64,000 nucleotides of DNA from Eledone cirrhosa (taxonomy: Eukaryota). The DNA lies in NCBI GenBank assembly GCA_964016885.1, contig OZ024750.1, positions 2,356,001 to 2,420,000 of the forward strand. The letters run 5' to 3'. The notes under the pieces are model-generated. The model ran no database searches and was not told the DNA's origin. It saw nothing but the letters and a program-made list of their open reading frames with translations. This document shows, in pieces, positions 55,387-64,000 of this stretch (the stretch's first letter is position 1; each line of letters starts with the position of its first letter). The translations under genes and the position numbers were made by a program.

Positions 55387-55860
55387 CCCAGCACTCACTG
55401 TAAATGAGGTTGGTGTTAGGAAGGGCATCCAGCTGTAGAAATCAAGCCAAAATCACCTGTATGAGCAAGACAAGGTCAGCTGACCGGACACTGCCCACAA
55501 CAGGACAACCCGTCTAACCCATACTAGCATGGAAGAACGGACGTAAGACGGTGATGATGATGATGATGATGATGATATATATATATACACGTATATATAT
55601 ATAAAGCTCACACTGTAAAGTGGTCATGATGTAGGTATCATGACAAAAAGCACCCAGTCTACACTGTAGATGTGGATGACATTAGGAAGGGCATCCAACC
55701 ATTGACAGAGGTTAGTGATAGCAAGGATATAAAACCATGTTAAAAACATGATATATATATAACAAGTATTCTCTGCTGTATACAACATGATGAAGGACCA
55801 AAGGAATAAAACAATGTGAAAGTCACCCAACCCATGCTAATATTGAGAAATGGATGTAGG
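55065..55860. mobile_element. Cluster of SINE copies with an RTE-like 3' tail, in inverted arrangement
   Basis: GGTGTTAGGAAGGGCATCCAGC core and AACCCATGCTAGCATGGAA...GATGATGA tail; one minus copy (55065-55292) and two plus copies (55382-55575, 55608-55860). Confidence 0.75.
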
Positions 55861-57556
55861 AATAGATGGTGTACACTAATGGCATACAATCCTTTCTAAC
55901 AGTTGTTAATATATTAGTTTTTACTTATTTATATAGACATAGCCATTGCTCTGATTAATTTTTAATTATTCATTGAGCAGTTTCCCTGAAATATACTTCA
56001 TTTTAAGATTATATGTGTACTGTGGAGCACATGTGTATCTCTTTTATATATATATATATGTGTGTGTGTGTGTATATGTGCATATGTGTGTGTGTTTATA
56101 TATACACACACAGACACATTTTCTTATTAACATCTACCACTCTCTCTCACACCAGATAATGTATAACGATTCTCACTCTTTTTTCCTATTACTGTTTCTC
56201 TTCTGTTACCCCCCCCCCCCCCCCTCCAACATTGTCTCTCTCCCATTATCACCCCCCCCCCATCACTCTATTTCAATCTGTTTCTCTCATTATCTTCTTT
56301 AACTCTGGCCCTTCTTTCATTGCTCTCTCTTCTATCAACCCTCTTGGTTATATTGACTTCAATAAACTGAGATTATTAGTGCAAGAAGACAGTAAATCTT
56401 TATTACAGGTTTGAACCACAAAAGCTCCTAATGCAGGGGACTTCAATAGAGCCCCCTCTATTGAAGATCCCTGCATTATATTTATTTAGCTCACAATAAT
56501 CACACCTGGAATTTACCTCTGACAATAATCACACCTGCGATTTACCTCTCACAATAATCACACCTGGGATATACCCCATAGGTTATGGTACTGTGGTAAC
56601 ACTCACAGTAGAGCATCAGATTAAATGTGTTGCAGTATTTAGTTAGATATTTTTATATTCTGTGGACCAAGTTTCAATATGGTTAACTTTGCTCCACTAC
56701 CTCTCATCAGGTTTAATAAATTGACACAACCCTCTTCCAAATTTTGTGGCCTTATGCCAAAGTAGAAATTATTGTTAAGCTACATGTACTGTAGAAGTAA
56801 AATAATCATTTGTCTCATAACAGGACCACCCAATTCTACACTGTATATGTGGTTGGTGTTAGGAAGAGCATCCTGCTGCAAAAATCCCAACCAAAATACA
56901 ATTCCGTGAAAGCAATACTTTTATCTGTCATCTTAATTTGTTTCATATGTTCGGTGTTAAAAATGCCATTTAGTAGCCTAATATATAGCAGAAGACACCT
57001 AAGATGCCTTGTACTGGGTTGGAACCTAAAATCACATGGTTGCAAAGTGAACATCTTAACCACATAGTCATATCTCTACTGATATGTCTTTGTTATTATA
57101 ACCACTTACATTAAAGCATCTTTCTCTAATCAGTTTTTTTTCAAGTCTCCATGTCATGTGATTTTTAACCTAGTCCTATATTCTCACAAATCAATAACTT
57201 CAGGCACATTGACTAAACCTTCAACTACATTCACTCATCTTGGTCCTACATTCCTCTAGAGGGTCCAGATATGTTATATAGACTGTACATCATATGGGAC
57301 CATCACAAATAACAAAAAACACAGTATGATAGTGTCAGTACTAATACAACTATACTTTCATGATTTGTTAGTATTATAATACTATATTTTTATATCTATC
57401 AGCAGTATTTTGTCTGGTTTATTTGCTAGCAATATTTTAGTGCAAATAGTGAATGAATCAATGTTATTGTACCTAGCATAACGACAAACACATTTTCATG
57501 ACATTAATATATTAATAGTCTCTATTAAAGTAGAAGAGTTAGGAAGGAGTACTTAC

Positions 57557-57679
57557 CTCCAGTATGTGCAAGAAATCCTTGCATGTGAAGGAGATGGCAT
57601 ATCCATGGACTGGGGAGTCATCGTCCAATGAAGCATCAAAGGAAACATTTGTCCTCACAGCGAAGGCCACAGGTTTCCT
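57557..57679 (-). CDS. CACNB: Cav-beta exon (123 nt, SH3 start)
   Basis: TTCAG/GTAAGT; [41 protein letters not shown]; phase 0-0. Confidence 0.96.
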
Positions 57680-57731
57680 CTGAAATAGGGAAAACATCAC
57701 AATAAATTAAAGGAGAGAGAAAGTGTGTGTG

Positions 57732-57781
<50 letters not shown>

Positions 57782-60700
57782 CACACTCAGTTCAGAAATA
57801 GTCGTCAAAACGGCTTGAGCTCTGCCGTCGGGGTCATACCTTTTCCTGTATGTATATATATATATATTCTCTCTAGAGAGAGAGAGAGAGAGAGAAGGAT
57901 GAAAAGTTTAGGAGATACATTATTTGACATTTCTTTTATCTTTATATAATTTTATTGTTTTTCAATATTGATGTTCTCTCCGATGTGATGTTTTAGATGT
58001 GTAAGAACAAAGCTTCCATATCATAGTTATGTTGCATTTAACAATAATGGTGATAAAAATTGATTCTTAATTAGTCTATTGACAAAGCCTTTTAGATGGC
58101 AAAGTGTCTATGGAATGATTCTAGATGTCACACACTGTCATTCTAATCTTCAATATTGCTGTTGTTACAGTTGTTCTCTTCTTATTCTTTTCCATCATCA
58201 TCATCATCATCGACACCATTTCACTATACATTTTTTGCCAGTCATATACCATCTTATCTTTAGGATACAGTTCACTTTGACTACATCATCAGAAATCCTC
58301 TGATTTAGAGAGAGAAACGATTTTATTACAATAAACCTCTCTTACATTATTTGTAAAATCTTACTAAATTTTTATTGTACACATATCTACCACTAATCAT
58401 TTTTTTGTCTTAGCAAATGTCCCTTTTTATCCAGGGGCCACTTGTTTTTATAGATGTGAGCAAGATGTTGCTCTAATCAGCACATATATTTGACATTGGA
58501 AGTTTATCACTGGTAGCCAGGTGACAAAGGACTTATTTTGCTACAGTCTTTTATTACTAAGTTAAAAACAGAGTGGTTCACAGATATAATTGTTAAGGTG
58601 GAGGACAAATGCATTACAGTATTTGTTCCAACTCTCAATTTAAATCCTGCTGAAGTCAACTTCCATCCCTCCAATGTCAATAAAATAAAATACCAGTAAT
58701 GCACTGTGGATGGTATAATTGACTTTCCCTTCCCACCAAAATTTCTGGCTTTGTACCTAAATTAGAAATCATTATATTGAAAGTTATTTCACTAAACTTT
58801 TAATAATGCTTCATTATTTTGTTAACTAAAACATGGTCACTAGAAGGTTAAAGAGTTCATAAGTAATAACAAAACCTTTGAAAGCTCAACCTTAGAACTA
58901 GGTTCTTTATTGAGTTTGCTGCCAATTCTAACTCTATTTTCACACTTGTATACATAATACATTTAGCCACATTTAGCTTTCTTTAAGTATAGCTAGGATG
59001 TAGTTCTGCCAAATGTTTACATTTTAAGTTGACAGCAAATACTTCTCTGTCAGTTGTCTTAAAAGAAATATAACATCTAGGTTTTTGTGAGGTAGAATCT
59101 AAGTATAGTTACTGTCTACTTAAGCATTGCATTTCTCATTTACAGTTTTATTTTGCCCACCACAATATTACCAGTTGTTTTGTTTTTACTTAGCTCCTGC
59201 TCTGTGGCTCCAAAAATAGTACGATCTGTACAACTGCAGAAAATACCATTATGTAGGCTCTTCTACTAAACTACATAGATTTAACCTGAACCTTATCGCA
59301 AACTTCTTAGCCATCTGGCCATGCTGTAGCTGCTTTTGAAGAATATTAAACCTTTTTTCAAAATTTATGATGTCAAGTGAAGCTGGCTATCATACATTTC
59401 AGAAATGACTTCTGCAATATTTTTGTGGGGGAACAGTAAAGACTGGTTTGAATGAGATTTAGTAAATATTGCAAGCAAAACAATTGACAACAGAAAGGTA
59501 TCCCCCAACTGTATATAATACATATATACTTTCTAATGTATAATTTAGTATATATTTCAATACATAATCATAAAAATGGTTTATACATAATGGAAATCAA
59601 TAAAATGCAATAATACAAATACATTTACACACACATATACATAGTTCCACACAGATATATGATTTTATACATAACATACCATCATACACTTAATATTTCA
59701 TAGCATTAAACAAAAGAGTGTCAAGTGAGGCTAGTAGCATTGTGGATGACGAGTTTGTAAACCTTTATGAATATTAATCAGATGCAACTAATCTATAATT
59801 TACCAGATTAGAAAAAAAAAAGCCAGCCCCAATGTTTTCCACAAAAAGCAAGTTTTAGATGCAGACATTAGCAATTTGATTAAGGAGCTTGCTTTGTAAT
59901 CGTGTAGTTTTAGGTTCTATCTTACAGCATGGCACTTTGGGCAAGTGTCTCCTACTTGAAGCATCCAATGTTTTGTAAGTGAAATTAGTAAAAGGAAACT
60001 GTATGAAGCCTTTTTCTTCACCATTATCATTGTTTTTATGTCTGCTTTTTGATGCTGGCATGGGCTGGATGTAACTTTGAGACAGGCCCTCTGTGGCTGG
60101 GTGTCTTTGTGTGTGTGTGTGTATCTATTTGTCTCAGTGTCTTTGCTTTACATTTGATGCTGTTAGCAGTGTTAGTGTCCTGCATAATTAAAAGTCTTGT
60201 GGTTCAGTAGTTCAATTGGCAAAGATCAGAACTTTATTTTAAAAACATGTAAGGGTTGGTATCAGGAAGGCAACCAATCATGGAATATTGCTTCAAAAGT
60301 GGAGAAAAAAAATCAGATGTAAAAACAATGAATTGGTATCAGAAGAATATTTTTAACAATGACTGGCAAATATAATTTTTTAAGTGGTGCAAAGGTGATC
60401 CTTAAGCAGTGAAATTTGTCAGCCTGAAGTTATAATACAAGAACTTGTCCAAGGTACCACATGGTGAAATCAAACATGAAATTATGTTTATTGCAAATTG
60501 AACTTCTTAAATACACAGGTCTGCAAATAATTAACATTTTATTTGCAAGCTAGGAAGAAAAACAAGAAGAAAATTCTGTCAGTCACCACTGAAAGCAAAC
60601 TAGTGTGAACTAATCATATCTCTACCATCTAAAATAGAGTTGTACATTGGTTTTTACAGAAAGTTGTAAATAAATTGGATACAAATCAAAATATGAAGCC

Positions 60701-62182
60701 CAGATACTAAATATAATTCCAAACACCACACTTTCTGGAAGAATGCTTTACATAATATCAACAAATACTTTGACAGCTCAAAAAAACTTCTCAATAACAT
60801 TACAGTAAATAAAGCTCCTGGTAAGAAACAAGACCCACCACCACCAGTTTATTATGGTAGATAGGTTAGTGAAACTGAAATTCTTTATAAAATGGACACA
60901 AGTTATAACCTCATCAAACCTCAAACATAGGCTGACTACCTAAATATACCTCATACACCCACCTCTTTCTGTCAGCCCTACTGTGTATCTCTTATTCTAC
61001 CAAACTCTCGACTAAACCTCATCCCTCATCTATATTTTCCAATAGATATCAACCTATCGTCATTGATATTGAACATTAACTGCACTGAGTTCAATGGGCC
61101 TATAATGGCTGTAGGTATTTACCCCTCATTCAGACCAATAGAATTAGAAAGCAAAAAGAAAAAAAAATCAATAAGCCCACTTATTGAACTGTGTGATAAA
61201 AAATATCAACAAACACATTAAAAATTACACTATCTTATACATAAAATATAACAGGTTTTACATAGCCAGAACCACCTGTCCATTATACATAGGAATTAGA
61301 AGCAGTGAGATGAAAGACTTCACTGTTAAATGGTACATAGACACCTATAAAAGTACAGAGGTTACAGTTTTGATGAAGGCCTTTGACAACATTCAAACAT
61401 AGAAATCAACAATGATGAAGAGCTCCTAGTAGAACTATATATAAATACAAAGCTTAGGGCAATAGATCTACAACAAAGAATGGTTAAAGCTAGAAAATGA
61501 ATCCATATTGTTATTGATCACAAGAGGAATCTAACCTGAAGGGAATCTAATGATAAAAACAATCTGAAATAGCATGAAAATGCTTACTAAGGTATCTAGT
61601 TTTGAAATGAGAGGAAGCAAATAATACTAGGGGTTAATTTTGAAGCCAAAGTAAACATATATAATGATATATTTTTTAAATTTGATTTAGGTAAGCAGGT
61701 ATTAAGAAGGACATCCAGTCATAGAAACCATGCTAGGATTGAAATGTACAAGTCCTTCACTCCATTTATGAACTCTTCTGAACCATGACAAACCATTCAA
61801 CCCATGCCAGCATAGAAAGTAAATGTAAACTGATGATCATCATCATCATCATCACCATCATGAACACTTCTACAATTGAATGTTTTATTTTATTTTTGCA
61901 TTAATCTTTTTACTCAAGTTTATCTAAAGGAATATTACTATGACCTTACTCCATTGATATATTGACCATGCTCTGTTATAAGATAGACTATAATGTTTTC
62001 TTAAATTAGTAACATCATCTCTCCACCACACACTTCTTGTATCTAGGCTTATCTTTATAGAAACTATATGGATCATCTACATAGTTATAGTTTGTTTTTT
62101 CAGACTTCACACAGACACAAACACACAAAATTCACAAAATATAAACTCAAGTAGTAAATAAATAACTGATATTTTTACTCAC

Positions 62183-62299
62183 TCGAGCTTGTTCTAACTG
62201 AGTAAGTGCTTGGTGCTCCGTTTCTCTTCGTAAAGCTTCCCTTTCTTCATCCAGAGACAGGTCAGTTGATGGCTGGCTGCATGTTGACTCTGCCGATCC
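62183..62299 (-). CDS. CACNB: Voltage-gated Ca2+ channel beta subunit exon (117 nt, pre-SH3 helix)
   Basis: TTGTAG/GTGAGT boundaries; GSAESTCSQPSTDLSLDEEREALRRETEHQALTQLEQAR matches the Cav-beta GSADS...SLEEDREA...QALAQLEKA segment. Confidence 0.95.
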
Positions 62300-64000
62300 C
62301 TACAAGAGAAATAAAAAATAAAAACATTAGTAAGGAATTAAAAACCATAGACATTAGAACCAAGATATCAGTCATTACTGCAAAACATTATACAAGAAAT
62401 TAGAAAATATGTATTAAAAAAATATTTAGAATTTAAAATCCTGAAGACCAAGAGTCAGCTGAAGTAAAAAAAAAAAAAAAATAGCAATTTTGGAGGTTCC
62501 ACTTCCAAAGAAAACCATTTGTTACACTCCTAAAATATTTTTTTCCTGAAAATTCTTAAACAGAAGAAAATCACATTTCCTGATGTGAGAAGAATGTTTT
62601 TACATTTGTAATCAAAAGTTTGTTTATAGAGAAAAAGGAAAAACATATCCAAAATAATATGAAGATATAAACTAGATTAATATTATTTCAATACAATAGT
62701 AACCTAAAACCACTCATAATGGATATGTTGGAAAGATGCAGTTTAACAATAGAGAATATAACATATTTATTGAAATATTGTTGAGCAGGAATAGAGTCAA
62801 AACTATTTTGATTTAGGATGAAATATAAAAGCTCTCAAATGAGATGAAAAATATAGACCATTCAAGCTTATTTTGACTAGAGGCTTCTTATTATGTATGA
62901 GAGTTATTAATGCCTTGAGTGAGCCAAACTTGTATTCTAATTTTGTGATTCATAGTTGAGGTTATAGCACTTAACGTTTACTTGTAATTAATAGCTTGAA
63001 GAGGGATGAAATCTATTAATATTGATACAAATGACAATGAAGTCTTTATAAACATGGCATCTACATGAGAATAAATATACATGACAACTTATATACATGA
63101 CAATCAAGTCATTAGTAGTATCCCCAATGACTTAATGGCTTTAGGAGCATTTTTATTTTTATTTTCCAATAGTTCAGAGATTTTTTTTCCTTTCACTTCT
63201 GGCTTAAAGATTGTGTTTATATAACCAAACTGGACCATCAGTAGATACCAGTTAGCTGACTATTAAGGGGCTTTACTTAATATCACAAATAGAGTTTAAA
63301 TTCATGGCCCATGTGTAAAATATTCAAAAGAGAGTCTTACATGCTAACATCTTGGCATATATGAAATGAGAAATGGCAATATATTCTCTGCAAATTTATT
63401 TTAAATTGGTTTGTCTGAGTCTTAAACCAAATATTCTCTCATTGATTACTTATCAAATTTTCAAGCTGTCAAAAATGAAGCATAATTACTTGACCATTAT
63501 AGTAGAATTACCATTATGAGTTTGACCAATATGGTTCTGAACATGCTTAATTAAAACAAATATTTTTATAGCCAGGTGGCTCTCTTAGTATTCTGTATTG
63601 TCTATTTCAGAACAGCCCTTTAAAATAACATGGTTCACAAGGATTTATTTTCATGGAGATAAACATTATTCCAAATGCATCCATGTCTCTTCACAAACAC
63701 AAAAATATATATTAAACAGGATCTCTTTAATACCACAACAGATAATATAGTCTTGTAAGAAATAACCATTTTTCAATGATATGGAAAAGTTTATAATTCT
63801 AGAAAAAATATTTGAAACACAACAAAATGTCTATCTGGGTTTGAAAATTTTATATTGTATTTTGATGGTGTAATTTTATATTCTTAGTCTCAAATTTAAC
63901 ATTTTATATCTTTGATTTCTATTCAAATGCTCAGTGTTGAGATATTCTAACAAAGTTTATATATGATCAACTATTCTTCAGAGCACCTGTTGAGTCAGTA

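Noticed and set aside
63341-63387. Possible upstream Cav-beta exon (TTTGCAG...GTAAGA, minus strand)
   Set aside because: Contains TAG in the frame needed to join the phase-0 exon at 62299.

Overview
AT-rich, microsatellite- and SINE-dense eukaryotic genomic DNA; the repeat content and gene sequences point to an octopod cephalopod (inference). Two intron-rich genes converge tail-to-tail. On the + strand is the 3' end of calcyclin-binding protein (CACYBP/SIP): an exon end at 1-21 and the last exon at 5477-5621. On the - strand are ten phase-compatible coding exons of a voltage-gated calcium channel beta subunit (Cav-beta/CACNB; SH3-HOOK-GK), from 62299 down to the stop at 27730, giving 507 aa; the N-terminal exons probably lie beyond the window. 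Most ORF-track entries are microsatellite or minisatellite artefacts. The introns carry five long minisatellites, RTE and CRE-type non-LTR fragments, a non-autonomous Helitron, piggyBac-, mariner- and Tc2-like MITEs and many SINEs. Best lead: a cluster of unannotated candidate microexons in the HOOK-domain intron (45.6-47.4 kb), three of them each followed by a TGCATG (RBFOX) motif. Other leads are a possibly very long tandem-polyadenylated 3'UTR and several dsRNA-forming inverted repeats. No CRISPR array or prokaryotic system is present.
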